This document shows positions 13,363-25,697 of a stretch of DNA of 60,000 nucleotides, piece by piece. The stretch covers positions 7,690,001 to 7,750,000 of the forward strand of contig CM075995.1 of assembly GCA_038087875.1 (NCBI GenBank). The letters run 5' to 3'. Numbering within the stretch: position 1 is the first letter of the stretch; each line of letters begins with the position of its first letter. Position numbers and translations under genes: made by a program. Origin of the DNA: Malacoraja senta (taxonomy: Eukaryota). The notes under the pieces were generated by a model. The model saw nothing but the letters and a program-made list of their open reading frames with translations, searched no databases and was not told where the DNA came from.

Positions 13363-13529
13363 TTCAAGCAGGGTGCAAGGCCACCAAATTCAAGTGCAGT
13401 TTCTTACCACTTCAAGCAGGGTGCAAGGCCACCAATTTCAAGTGCAGTTTCATACCACTTCAAGCAGGGTGCAAGGCCACCAAATTTAAGTGCAGTTTCA
13501 TACCATTTCAAGCAGGGTGCAAGGCCACT
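13363..13529. repeat. 48-bp tandem minisatellite (~3.5 copies) inside the Helitron
   Basis: The unit ttcaagcagggtgcaaggccaccaaattcaagtgcagtttcataccac starts at 13363, 13411, 13459 and 13507. Confidence 0.9.
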
Positions 13530-13857
13530 AAAGACACCGAGTCGTGACCTCTCCCTCCTCCATCTTGCAGAGACTGAGCCACGCCCACACTTCTGGGTTT
13601 TATAGTCCCTCCCCCCTCCCACCAGAAGGGGCGTGGCCTTCATGGCGTAATTGACAGGAGAGAGAATCTCAACATTTTTTAAACACTAATAACTCTTTTA
13701 ATTTTCTTCGATGGGAAAAATCCTCGGCACCTGATGAGCGGAGGGAGGCTCTGAGTAAGATGGCCAAAAATCACAGCCGTACGTGATAGCGTTTTTTCTA
13801 AATTCAATATAAAGCGCAAACAGGAAGTGGTCAAGATTAGACTTTTAATTATATAGA

Positions 13858-14072
13858 AGGCAAGGCAACTTCAAGTAGGCAAGGCAACTTCAATTAGGCA
13901 AGGCAACTTTAATTAGGCAAGGCAACTTTAATTAGGCAAGGCAACTTTAATTAGGCAAGGCAACTTTAGCATTTCCAAACCAAAGGCAAGGCAACTTTAG
14001 CATTTCCAAACCAAAGGCAACACAGCTTTAGCATTTCTAAACCAAAGGCAACACAGCTTTAACATTTCCAAA
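13858..14072. repeat. Tandem array: 19-bp aggcaaggcaactttaatt units grading into ~31-bp units
   Basis: About five 19-mers are followed by about four aggcaa(ggcaac/cacagc)tttagcatttccaaaccaa units. Confidence 0.85.
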
Positions 14073-14451
14073 CTATATTTTCAAACCACATTAAGGGCAC
14101 TGACAGGTCAGTAAAACCACTCACAGTTTAGTAGACATGTGTTCAGTGTTATTCACAGCAGGGACGTGACCCTCTCGCTCCCCCATCTTGCAGAGACTGA
14201 CTGAGGCACTCAACACTTCCGGGTTTTATAGTCCCTCCGGAAGGGGCGTGGCCTTCAGGAGAGAGAATCTCAACATTTTTTAAACACTAACAACTCTTTT
14301 ATTTTTCATCGATGGGAAAAATCCTCTTGTCCTGCGCAGCGGAGGGGGGCTCTGAGTAAGATGGCCAAAAATCACAGCCATAAGTGGCAGCGTTTTTCTA
14401 AAATCAATATACAGAACAGGAAGTGGTCACGATCAGACTTTTAGCAATATA

Positions 14452-15359
14452 CTAGACCAAGTGCTGGTCCCCGAACGTGCTTCAGACCTCGGGGTCTGGT
14501 TCCCGAACGTGCTTCAGCGTCTTGACGGCGTAGGCAGCGTCTGGACGGCCGCAGGCAGCATCTTGACGGCGTACGCAGCGTGTTGACGGCGTAGGCGGCG
14601 TACGCCGTCAAGACGCTGCGTACGGCCGTCGAGACGCTGCGTACGGCCTCAATGGGGCTGCGGGCTGACAGGCCGTTGATGCGCCGGCTCTATCACGCTG
14701 GTTGAAGGCAAAGATGGGTTGTTCCGCCGCTGCTTTTCGGCGTCCTCGGATAGAGGACGGCGAAAAGCAGAGGGGGAAGAGCCGATGTTTGGCTTGAGCC
14801 AGCGTGAGAGAGCCGTCCCGGGGGGAGGGGTAGTGGAGGAGAGCCGGGTGGCAGCAGCGAAAATGGCCAGCGAAAGAATAAAAATGTTGGCGTTTTTTAA
14901 GCAGAGCCGGGCGGCAGCAGCCGTTATGGTGGCTGGCCAGCAGGAGGCGACAAAATGAGTGAGGGGGGGGTGGATTTTATTTTAAAATGTGCTTTTTGTG
15001 CTTTTGGAATTAACTCTGTCTTTGATTTGTGTATTGTGGTGTCTTTATAATTTATTTTATTCCGATTTTTATGTCCTGTAAGGTGTCCTTGGGTGTTTAG
15101 AAAGGCGCCAGCAAATAAAATGAATTATTATTATTATTATTTTATTAAAAAATGTGTACATAAAAAGTCTAAATCTAATAAGGAGTTTGTTAGGGTATGT
15201 AAAAGTGTAATGTGTAGCGAAATGGAAAAATTCGCGGAGTTTTCGCGTGTGGTTTTGGCAGAGCAAGGAATCAAAGGCCAAATGTGACACCCACAAATAA
15301 ATAAACACATCCACACACACATCCATCCACACACACACAGAGTTTTAATAGTATACAGA
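14452..15359 (-). mobile_element. Second non-autonomous Helitron nested in the 5' terminus of the first
   Basis: Minus strand starts A|TCTGTATACTATTAAAACTC and ends ...cacttggtCTAG|T. Removing it restores ...gacttttagcaatata|tagat, equivalent to the terminus at 13840-13857. Confidence 0.68.
14515..14650. repeat. CpG-rich ~20-bp tandem repeats followed by inverted copies
   Basis: gcagcgtcttgacggcgta-like units x4, then reverse-complement units (cgccgtcaagacgctgcgtac) x2. Confidence 0.8.
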
Positions 15360-16749
15360 TAGATAGATATTAATTTATTTTAAATTGACAATCCTCGTGC
15401 CTAAGATTGAAAAAAAAAATGTATGGCAATTATAGCATTTAAATACATAGACCATGCATGCAGTTCATAAGTTTTAGGAGCAGAATTAGGCCAGTCAACC
15501 CAGCAAGTCTGTCAATCTCTGCCTTAAAAATATTCATCGACTTGGCCACCACAGTTGGCCGTCGCAATAAATTCCACAGATTCACCACCCTCGGACGAAA
15601 GAAATTCCTTCCCATCTTTCTAAAGGTACGTCCTTTTATTCTGAGGCTGTGGTCTCTGGTTCCTGACTCTCCCACTAGTGGAAACATCCGCTCCACATCC
15701 ACTACCCAGGCCTTTCACTATTCAGTAAGTTTCAATGATGTCCCCCTCATCCTTCTCAATCAGCAAGTAGAGGGGAGTTTTTTTCCTTCCCTTCATTGGC
15801 ATTTAATGTTACATTTTTTGCTACCTCTTTTGATACATCCAAATCCACACGAGCATAATAATGGTGTTGCTTTCCGGGGCTTAGAATTTTTGCCAATCAT
15901 CAGTACAGAATTCTGTATATTAGGATTTTTACTCAACAATCAGGCGTTAGCATTAGGACAGCGAAGGGATCTATTGGCGGGGCAGCCTCGAAAAGGCGGC
16001 TAGCAACAAGGACCACACCACCCTGGCCACGCTCTCATTTCACTCCTATCATCAGAAGGTATGTACGTCTGAAAATCTGTTTCTAAATTGTTTCTTCCCA
16101 ACAACCGCCAGGCTCTTGATTACTAGACAATACTAACAGATGAACTATGGACTGTGGGGCAAAGGACTTTTTACACTGGTCTTTGTTTCTTTACTTTACA
16201 CTTTAGAGATACAGCGCGGAAACAGGCCCTTCGGCCCACTGAGTCCGCACCGACCAACCATCACCCCGTACACTAACACTATCCTACCCAATGTGGACAA
16301 TTTACAATATTACCAAAGACAAAATCGCTAAAATTCCTAAATAAAAGTCCACCAATTTTCCAGCTACTGGTTTAATCTTGACAAAATTACAAGAGCTCAA
16401 TTAAAATCCTCCCCGGAAAGCCCCTCCCCCCCCCCCCCCGAAAATGTGGCATCGAGACCAAGTGAGGCGACCAATCTCGACCACATCGGGACTTCCACAT
16501 CGAATTTGCCCTCTGCGGCCGGGCTCTGAAACTCCGGCTCGGCAACTAACACGACCCTGCACACTTGGGGCAATTTACATTTTTTACCAAAGCCAATTAA
16601 CCTACAACTTGTGTGTGGGAGAAAACTGGAGCACCCAGAAGAAACCCACGAGGTCGCAGGGAGAACATACAAACTCTATACTTCCAGCATCCGTAGTCAG
16701 GATCGAACCTGGGGCTCTGGCGCTGTAAGTAATTAAAATTTGAGAATTA

Positions 16750-17010
16750 AACGTTTATTACACTGGGTTGTAAGCTGCAAATTGCTTTGTAAGTTCCAAT
16801 GTGTGTGTGGCCTCACTCTGGCAATGGAGGTGGCCCAGGGAAGAAAGTTCAGTATGGGAATGGGAAGGGAATTAAAATGGTTGGCAACCGGGAGATTCAG
16901 TAGACCTTGGTGGATCGAGCACGTGTTTGGCAAAGTGGTCGCCAAATCTAATCTTGGTCTCGCCGATGGCAAGGAGACCACATCGGGTACACTGGATGGG
17001 CCAGATGATG
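16750..17010 (-). mobile_element. Penelope-like GIY-YIG endonuclease fragment
   Basis: The minus strand encodes IQCTRCGLLAIGETKIRFGDHFAKH...LPVANHFNS (frameshifted). Confidence 0.8.
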
Positions 17011-17147
17011 TTTATGGAAAATTTAGTGAGGGGGGAAAATTAAGGCATATTGGCGGCACAGTAGCGCAGTGGTAAAGTTGCTGCCTTACAGCGCCAGAGA
17101 CCCGGGTCAGATCCTGACCATGGGGCTGTCTGTACAGAGTCATAAAG

Positions 17148-18265
17148 TGATACAGTGGGGAAACAGGCCCTTCGGCCCAACTTGCCCACACCGGCCAACA
17201 ATGTCCCAGCTACACTAGTCCCACTTGCCTGCGCTTGGTCCATATACCTCCAAACCTGTCCTATCCATGTACCTGTCTGTTTCTTAAATGATGGGATAGT
17301 CCCAGCCTCAACTACCTCCTCTGGCAGCTTGTTCCATAATCACCACCCTTTGTGTGAAAAAGATACCCCTCAGATTCCTATTAAATCTTTTCCCCTTCAC
17401 CTTGAACCTATGTCCTCTGGTCCTCGATTCCCCTATTCTGGCAAGAGACTCTGTGCATCTACCTGATCTATTCCTCTCATGATTTTGTACACCTCTGTAA
17501 GATCTCCCCTCATCCTCCTGCGCTCCAAACAATAGAGACCCAGCCTATTCAACCTCTCCCTATTGCTCACACCCTCTAGTCCTGGCAACATCCTCGTAAA
17601 TCTTTTCTGAACCCTTTCAAGCTTGACAATATCTGTTGTATAACATGGTGCCCAGAACTGAACACAATATTCTAAATGCGGTCTCACCAACGTCTTATAC
17701 GACTGCAACATGAACTCCCAACTTCTATACTCAATACTCTGACTGATGAAGGCCAATGTGCCAAAAGCCTTTTTGACCAGCTTATCTACCTGCGACTCGA
17801 CCTTCAAGGAACCATGCACCTGTACTCCTAGATCCCTCTGCTCTACAACACTACCCAGAGGCCTACCATTTACTGTGTAGGTCCTGCCCTTGTTCGACGT
17901 CCCAAAATGCAACACCTGACACTTTTCTGTATTAAATTCCATCAACCATTCCTCCGCCCACCTGGCCAATCGATCCAAATCCTGCTGCAATCTTTCACAA
18001 TCATCTTCACTATCTGCAAACTTGCTAATGTTGCCCTGTATGTTCTCATCCAAATCATTGATGTCGATGACAAACAGCAACGGGCCCAGCACCGAACCCT
18101 GAGGCACACCACTAGTCACAGGCCTCCAGTCCGAGAAGCAAACATCCACCATCACCCTTCTGCTTCCTTCCATGGAGCCAATTTGCTATCCATTCAGCTA
18201 TCTCTCCTTGGATCCCATGCGATCTAACCTTCCAGAGCAACCTACCATGTAGAACCTTGTCGAAT
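17148..18265 (-). mobile_element. CR1 LINE of a second family (HER1-like; 3' tail shared with the SINE)
   Basis: ORF 17433..18173 has GVPQGSVLGP, KFAD and [11 protein letters not shown]. The 3' end ...gggccgaagggcctgtttcc...gtatcactttatgactct resembles the SINE tails. Confidence 0.9.
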
Positions 18266-18675
18266 TATACATTCTCTGCGACAGTGTGGGTTTTCTCCAG
18301 GTGCTCTGGTTTCCTACTACTCTCCAAAGACGTGCGGGTTTGTAGATTAATTGGCTTCTGTAAATTGTAAATTGCCTTAGTTTGTAGGATAGCTCTAGTG
18401 TACAGGGTGGTCGCTGGTCAGCGCAGACTTGATGGGCCGAGTGGCCTGTTTGCACGCTGTACCTTTATTTAAAGTCTAAAAGTCTAAAGTTCAGCATTTT
18501 TTTATAATAAACCTGCTTCTGAATGAAATGGATATTAACTCTTGTGCAACCATCATTTTTAAAACCTCTGCTCACAGGATTAGCGATGAAAGACTGCTGA
18601 CATATTACTATTGTTTAATGGGGTAGAAAGGGATAAAGTGACCAATAACAGGCCAGTGAGCCTAACACTAACAAT

Positions 18676-18808
18676 CGGCAGCTTGGCGTGGGTGGACGGA
18701 GCGCCAAGTGTTCTGCGAAATGGATGCCGAGTCTATGCTTGGTCTCCCCGATGTACAGGAGGCCACATCTCAAACACCGCATGCAGTAGATGAGGTTTGA
18801 AGAAGTTC
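18676..18808 (-). mobile_element. Penelope-like GIY-YIG endonuclease fragment
   Basis: The minus strand encodes SSNLIYCMRCLRCGLLYIGETKHRLGIHFAEHL. Confidence 0.82.
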
Positions 18809-19009
18809 TCCTCCTCTCTCCACCAGGAATTCTGAGAGACCCTGCCTCACTGCTCCCTCCTCGATGATATCTGCTGCTCTTATTTCAGTTTAGTTTATCG
18901 TCCCGTGCACCATCATGTCACGTTTATCGTCACGTGCATGTAGTGAAAAGCTGTTGTCGCATGCTAACCAGTTAGTGGAAAGACAACACATGATTACAAT
19001 CGAGCCATA

Positions 19010-19780
19010 GAAACGTAGAAACATAGAAAATAGGTGCAGGAGGCCATTCGGCCCTTCGAGCCAGCACCACCATTCATTGTGATCATGGCTGATCGTCCCC
19101 AATCAATAACCCGTGCCTGCCTTCTCCCCATATCCCTTGACTCCACTAGCCCCTAGAGCTCTATCTAACTCTCTCTTAAATCCATCCAGTGACTTGGCCT
19201 CCACTGCCCTTCTGTGGCAGGGAATTCCACAAATTTACAACTCTCTGGGTGAAAAAGTTTTTTTCTCCTCAGTCTTAAATGGCCTCCCCTTTTTCTAAGA
19301 CTGTGGCCCCTGGTTCTGGACTCGCCCAACATTGGGAACATTTTTCCCGCATCTAGCTTGTCCAGTCCTTTTATAATTTTATATGTTTCTATAAGATCTC
19401 CCACTCATCCTTCTAAACTCCAGTGAATACAAGCCTAGTCTTTTCAATCTTTCCTCATATGACAGTCCCGCCATCCCAGGGATCAATCTCGTGAACCTAC
19501 GCTGCACTGCCTCAATCACAAGGATGTCCTTCCGCAAATTAGGAGACCAAAACAGTACGCAATACTCCAGATGTGGTCTCACCAGAGCCCTATACAACTG
19601 CAGAAGAACCTCTCTACTCCTATACTAAATCCTCGTTATGAAGGCCAACATTCCATTAGCTTTCTTCACTGCCTGCTGTACCTGCACGCCAACTTTCAGT
19701 GACCGGTGTACAAGGACACCTAGGTCTCGCTGTACCTCCCCTTCCCTAACCTAACCCTATTGAGATAATAATCTGAATTA
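19010..19780 (-). mobile_element. CR1 3' fragment
   Basis: ORFs 19379..19597 and 19165..19404; (tttctatg)n tail. Confidence 0.88.
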
Positions 19781-19799
19781 TTTGCTGTGTATAGATACA

Positions 19800-20185
19800 T
19801 GATATGCTATGAGCCATTTGCTGTGTATAGATACATAATAAGGGAATAACGTTTAGTGCAAGGTAAAGCCAGCAAAGTCCGATCAAAGATAGTCCGAGGG
19901 TCACCAATGAGGTAGATGGTAGTTCAGGACCACTCTCTAGTTGTGGTAGGATGGTTCAGTTGCCTGATAACGGCTGGGAAGAAACTCTCCCTGAATCTGG
20001 AGGTGTGCGTTTTCACACTTCTGTATCTCTTGCCTGATGGGAGAGGGGAGAAGAGGGAGTGGCCAGAGTGCGACTCGTCCTTGATTATGCTGCTGGCCTT
20101 GCCGGGGCAGCGTGAGGTATAAATGGAGTCAATAGAAGAGAGGTTGGTTTGTGTGATGGTCTGGGCTGCGTTGACATGCTCTACG
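19800..20185 (-). mobile_element. Rex1/Babar LINE 3' fragment (other copies at ~2256-2535, 4208-4405, 11733-11960, 33773-34172, 35057-35335)
   Basis: ORF 19924..20190 KASSIIKDESHSGHSLFSPLPSGKRYRS..TSRFRESFFPAVIRQLN is the typical Rex1 ORF2 C-terminus. Confidence 0.85.
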
Positions 20186-21780
20186 AACATGTTCAGTCTG
20201 AAGAAGGGTCCCGACCCGAAACGTCACGTATTCATGCGCTCCAGAGATGCTGCCTGATCCACCGAATTACTCCAGCACTTTGTGTCCTTTTATTGAGTTT
20301 CAAAAGTTAGATTCAGAAATAAATGAGATGCGGCACTGAGCAGTGTTAAACTACCCCAAACCTATCAGAAAATGTTCAATTAAAAAATGGAGAAAGAATA
20401 GAAGAATAGCAAAAGCTAAACTATTAAAACAAAATAGGCAGTACAAGGCATGGTGGTGCAGCGGTAGAGTAGCTGCCTTAGAGCCAGTGAGCCAGGTTCG
20501 ATCATGACTTCAGATGCTGTCTGGACGGAGTTTGTACGTTCTTTGCGCGGGTTTTCTCCGGGTGCTCCAGTCTCCCCCACACTCCAAAGACTCCAGGTTT
20601 ATAGGTTAATTAGATGAAAGAATGGGTCGACTAGGCTTGTAGTCACTGGAATTTAGACGGGTGAGAGGGGATCTTATAGAAACATATAAAATTCTTAAAG
20701 GATTGGACAGGAAAGATGCAGGAAAAATGTTCCCGATGTTGGGGGAGTCCAGAACTAGGGGTCACAGTTTAAGAATAAGGGGTAGGCCATTTAGTACTGA
20801 GATTAGGAAAAAATTCTTCACCCAGAGTTGTGAATCTGTGGAATTCTCTGCCACAGAAGGCAGTGGAGGCCAATTCACTGGATGTTTTCAAGAGTTAGAT
20901 ATAGCTTTTAGGGCTAATGGAATTAAAGAATATGGGGAGAAAGCAGGAACAGGATACTGATTTTAGATGATCAGTTATGATCATATTGAATGGAGGTGCT
21001 GGCTCGAAAGGCCTAATGGCCAAGTCCTGCACCTATTTTCTATGTTTCCACATTGATAGGATGGTTTAGTAATGGCAATGTCATATGGGGAGAAAGCAGG
21101 AACGGGAAACTGATTTTAGATGAACAGCCATGATCATATTGAACGGCTCGAAGGGCCGAATGGCCTACTCCTGCACCTACTTTATGTTTCTATGTTCTAC
21201 TTAACTTGGTAAAATTGTAAATTGTCCTTAGTATGTTGGATAGAGCTAGTGTACGGGGTGATCGCTGGTGGGCGTGGACTCGGTGGGCCAACAGGCCTGT
21301 TTCCTTGCTGTATCTCTAAACTAGACTAAAAGATCACATGCAAATCCCAGAAAAGATACTTTAGCCCTAAATTACATGCAACTCTGTCCCAATGTAATTT
21401 GTGCCCTTCTCTTTATTTCACACAAGTTGAGCTGAATTATTAATTTGATGTCAGAACAATCCTGACTGAAGAATAGATGGAGACCTCAGCTGTGAGAAAT
21501 TCTAATCAATTGTCAGAATCCGACTGGGTTCGCAATTTCGTGTGAAGTGCGATATTTGCTGATATCTATAAATCCTTGTTTGTCATTCCAATTATAAAGA
21601 GGGCAGATGGGCGCAAAAAGGCATTTTTGCCCAAAATTTAAACAAGGCTACATAAACATGAAAAAAATCTGATACAGTTTAAGCTGTGAATGAAGTGCCC
21701 ACCATCCCCACAGAATATTCAGTTACCATTTGCAAAATAAAAACAGGTGCTTAGGAAAAATATCAAGAGAATTGTCTTAC

Positions 21781-21803
21781 CGGTAGATCTGTAAAAGCAA
21801 TAC
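21781..21803 (-). CDS. RANBP9: RANBP9 coding exon 5, 23-nt microexon
   Basis: ttttctctttaccacag|GTATTGCTTTTACAGATCTACCG|gtaaga encodes (G)IAFTDLP. It exactly bridges the phase-1 end of exon 4 and the phase-0 start of exon 6. Confidence 0.92.
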
Positions 21804-21984
21804 CTGTGGTAAAGAGAAAATAACAATTTTAGCAAAAGTAGACCTTTTTGTATCTTATTATTCATAAAACCATAAACTTCACTGTTTAGTGACAGCGCCA
21901 GAGAGCCGGGTTCGATCCTAGCTCGGGTGCTGTTTGTATGGAGTTGATGATGCTGATAATACATTGTTGCCACTTGTACCTAGT

Positions 21985-22524
21985 TAGACAATAGACAATA
22001 GGTGCAGGAGTAGGCCAATTCGAGCCAGCATCGCCATTCAATGTGATCACGGCTGATCATCCCCAATCAGTACCCCATTCCTGCCTTCTCCCCATATCCC
22101 GACTCCGCTATCGTTAAGAGCCCTATCTAGCTCTCTCTTGAAAGTATCCAGAGAACTGGCCTCTGAGGCAGAGAATTCCACAGACTCACAACTCGGTGTG
22201 AAAAAGTGTTTCCTCGTCTCCGTTCTAAATGGCTTACCCTTTATTCTTAAACTGCGGCCCCTGGTAATGGACTCCCCCAACATCGGGAACATGTTTCCTG
22301 CCTCTAGCGTGTCCAAGCCCTTAACAATCATATATGTTTCAATGAGATTCCCTCTCATCCTTCTAAACTCCAGAGTGTACAAGCCCAACTGCTCCATTCT
22401 CTCTGCATATGACAGTCCCGCCATCCCGTGAATTAACCTTGTAAACCTACGCTGCACTCCCTCAATAGCAAGAATGTCCTTCCTCAAATTAGGGGACCAA
22501 AACTGCACACAATACTCCAGGTGT
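21985..22524 (-). mobile_element. CR1 3' fragment
   Basis: HLEYCVQFWSP...RELDRAL within ORF 22047..22706. Confidence 0.88.
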
Positions 22525-23311
22525 ATGTAATTGAGATATGGAAGGAAACCAAGCACCCGGAGGAAACCCACGGGGTCAAAAAGAGAACGTGCAAACTCCA
22601 CACAGACTGCATCCAAGGTCAGGATTGAACCCGGGTCTCTAGCGCTTTGAGGCAACAGCTCTACCAGCTGCGTCACTTTCCTTTGGTTGCAAAGGAAGAA
22701 CTCCACATATTATCCACAGCAATGCGCATCAGATCTTGCATTTCCTGCAACCATATCAGGCTGGGTCTCTATTCCATGGAGCGTAGGAGGATGAGGGGAG
22801 ATCTTATAGAGGTATATAAAATCATGACAGGAATAGATCGGGTAGATGCACAGAGTCTTTTACCCAGAGTAGGGGAATCGAAGACCAAAGGACATAGGTT
22901 CAAGATGAAGGGGAAAGGATTTAATATGAATCTGAGGGGCAACTTTTTCCACACAGAGGGTGGCGAATGTATGGAACAAGCTGCCAGAGGAGGTGTTTGA
23001 GGCTGGGACTATCCCATTGTTTAAGAAACAGTTAGACAGGTGCACGGATAGGACAGGTTTGGAGGGATATGGACCAAGTGCAGGCAAGTGGGACTAGTGT
23101 AGGTAGATGTGACATGTTGGCCGGTGTGGGCGAGTTGGGCCCGAGGGCCTGTTTCCACACTGTGTCACACTATGACTCTACTTTTCTTTGTAGTCAGGAA
23201 GAAAGCGATCCTACATTCTGTCCAAAAAAAAATGGAAGTTCCAACACTATTTAAGATGTAAGGCAAAGGAAAGGTCTCCTCTGAAACCAGCATCTCTACC
23301 ACTGCGCCTTT

Positions 23312-23623
23312 GGGCAGCACAGAGGCGCAGCGGTAGAGTTGCTGCCTTGCAGCAACAGAGACCTGGGTTCGATCCTGACTACGGGTGCTGTCCATACGGA
23401 GTTTGTACGTTCTTCCCATGACCTGCGTGGGTTTTCTCCAGATTCTCAGGCTTCCTCCCACACTCCAAAGACCTACAGGTATGTAGGCTAATTGGCTTCG
23501 GTAAAATTGTCCCTGGTGTGTCGGGTAGTGCGAATGCACGGGGTGAGCGTTGGTCAATGCAGGCTCAGTGGGCCGCAGGGCCCGTTTCCACACTGTATCT
23601 CTAAAGTCTAACGTAAAGGCTAA
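23312..23623 (+). mobile_element. HE1-type SINE
   Basis: Same head, V-domain and tail organisation as the 12331 copy. Confidence 0.83.
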
Positions 23624-23764
23624 AGCCTGCTTCTACTGTACAAAACTGCACTTAGACCTATTTGCAGATTTCAGCAATCTGCAACAAAACACCTTTCGCA
23701 ACTTCCAAGCAAGATGACCAAACGCAATTTGACAGTGAATCAATGAGATATTGGCACAGATTCC

Positions 23765-24010
23765 CAGCAGCATGAGCTTTGAGGAACATCTTGAAATGGG
23801 AGGTGTAGAGAAGATTAGGAAGGAGTCTCGGCAGTTGAAAGCAGCCTCCAATAATGGAGCAATTACATTCTGAAATACTGAGTGGCTGGCTTTCCTGGAT
23901 CTAAAGGCTTCGAATAGGAAGCAATTACAGAGATGTGAAGAGGTCAAAACCGTGGAGGGACTATTAACAAGGATGAGGATTTTATGAGGCTTGCTCAATA
24001 CAAGTCAGTG
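23765..24010 (-). mobile_element. Old L2-like LINE remnant
   Basis: Degenerate purine-rich pattern (ggcagttgaaagca..ccaataatggagc..attacagagat..ggagggact..aacaaggatgaggatttt) resembling L2 ORF2 3' sequence; recognised from memory only. Confidence 0.5.
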
Positions 24011-25071
24011 CACATTGGGAGGATGGATGAATGAGGCACATTAAGGGTCACAACAATAGACAATAGGTGCAGGAGTAGGCCATTTGGCCCTTCGAGCCAG
24101 CACCGCCATTCAATGTGATCATGGCTGATCATCCCCAATCAGTACCCCCCCGTTCCTGCCTTCTCCCCATATCCCCTTTCTTTAAGAGCCCTATCTAGCT
24201 CTCTCTTGAGAGCATTCAGAGAACCTGCCTCCACTGCACTCTGAGGCAGAGAATTCCACAGACTCACAACTCCCTGTGAGAAAAAGTGTTTCCTCGTCTC
24301 AGTTCTAAATGGCTTACTCCTTATTCTTAAACTGTGGCCCCTGGTTCTGGACTCCCCAAACATCAGGAACATGTTTCCTGCCTCTAGCGTGTCCAAGCCC
24401 TTAGCAATCTCAACATAATCACAAGCTTCCCAAAATATTAGGGGGTGGGGGGGTATTGAAATGAGTCGAGTCACACTGCATGGAAACAATTCCATCGGCA
24501 CAACTTGCCCACACCAACCAACATGTCTCATCAACACTACACCTGCCTACGTTTGGCCCATATCCCACTAAACATGTATCTAAATATCCATGTATCTAAA
24601 TATTTTCTCAAACGTTTCGATAGCACCTGCCTCCACTACCTCCTCCAGCAGCTCATTTTATATATGCACCACCTTTTGTGTAAAGAAAAACCCTCAGGTT
24701 CCTATTAAATCTACCCCATGTTAAACCTATGTCCTCTGGTTCTCAATTCAGCCAAGAGATCTTGTGTGTTTACCCGATCTATTCATCTCGTGATTTTGTA
24801 CACCTCTGTGAGATCACCCCTCATCCTCCTGCATTCCAAGGATTAGAGTCATGGCCTGCTCAACCTCCCACTAGGTCAGGCCCCCCCCCAAAACCTAGCA
24901 ACAGCCTCTAATTCATGATGAAATCCTCATAATAGGATACAGACAAAGTGCAGGAGTAACTCAGAGGATCAGGCAGCATCTCTATCTGAAAAAGAGTTCC
25001 CATCCGAAAGGTCACCAATCCTTTTTCTCCAATGGTTTATACGGGGCAACTTGGTTGATATGGACTAGTTT

Positions 25072-25697
25072 CAATAGACAATAGGTGCAGGAGTAGGCCA
25101 TTCGGCCCTTCGAGCCAGCACCGCCATTCAATGTGATCATGCCTGATCATCGCCAATCAGTACACCATTCCTGCCTTCTCCCCATATCCCGTGACTCCGC
25201 TATCTTTAAGAGCCCTATCTAGCTCTCTCTTGAAAGTATCCATAGAACCGGCCTCCACTGCCCTCTGAGGCAGAGAATTCCACAGACTCACAACTCTGTG
25301 TGAAAAAGTGTTTCCTCATCTCCGTTCTAAATGGCTTGCCCGTTATTCTTAAACTGTGGCCCCTGGTTTTGGATTTCCCCCAACATCGGGAACATGTTTC
25401 CTGCCTCCAGCGTGTCCAAACCCTTAATAATGTTATATGTTTCAATAAGATGCCCTCTCATCCTTCTAAACTCCAGAGTATACAAGCCCAGCCGCTGCAT
25501 CCTCTCAGCATATGACAGTCCCGCCATCCCGGGAATTAACCTTGTAAACCTACGCTGCACTCCCTCAATATCAAGAATGTCCTTCCTCAAATTAGGGGAC
25601 CAGAACTGTACACAATACTCCAGGTGTGGTCTCACTAGGCCCCTTTACAACTGCAGAAGGACCTCTTTGCTCCTATACTCGACTCCTCTTGTTATGT
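25072..25697 (-). mobile_element. CR1 3' fragment
   Basis: ORF 25327..25635 plus the same 3'UTR and tail as other copies. Confidence 0.88.

Larger units (their letters stand above)
13063..15363 (-). mobile_element. Composite non-autonomous Helitron (outer element)
   Basis: The minus-strand 3' end has a hairpin GGGACCC-AAC-GGGTCCC (13074-13090), then CTAG (13063-13066) and a host T. AT-rich 5'-TC termini lie at 13857 and about 15363. No TSD or TIR. Confidence 0.75.

Noticed and set aside
13363..14072. Regular repeats resembling a CRISPR array, and repetitive ORFs 13242..13547 and 13246..13605
   Set aside because: The units are head-to-tail with no unique spacers, there are no cas genes and the context is eukaryotic. 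The ORFs merely read through a 48-bp minisatellite.
16410..16555. CpG-rich fragment interrupting a SINE
   Set aside because: No TIR, TSD, tail or fold that I could establish; left unclassified.
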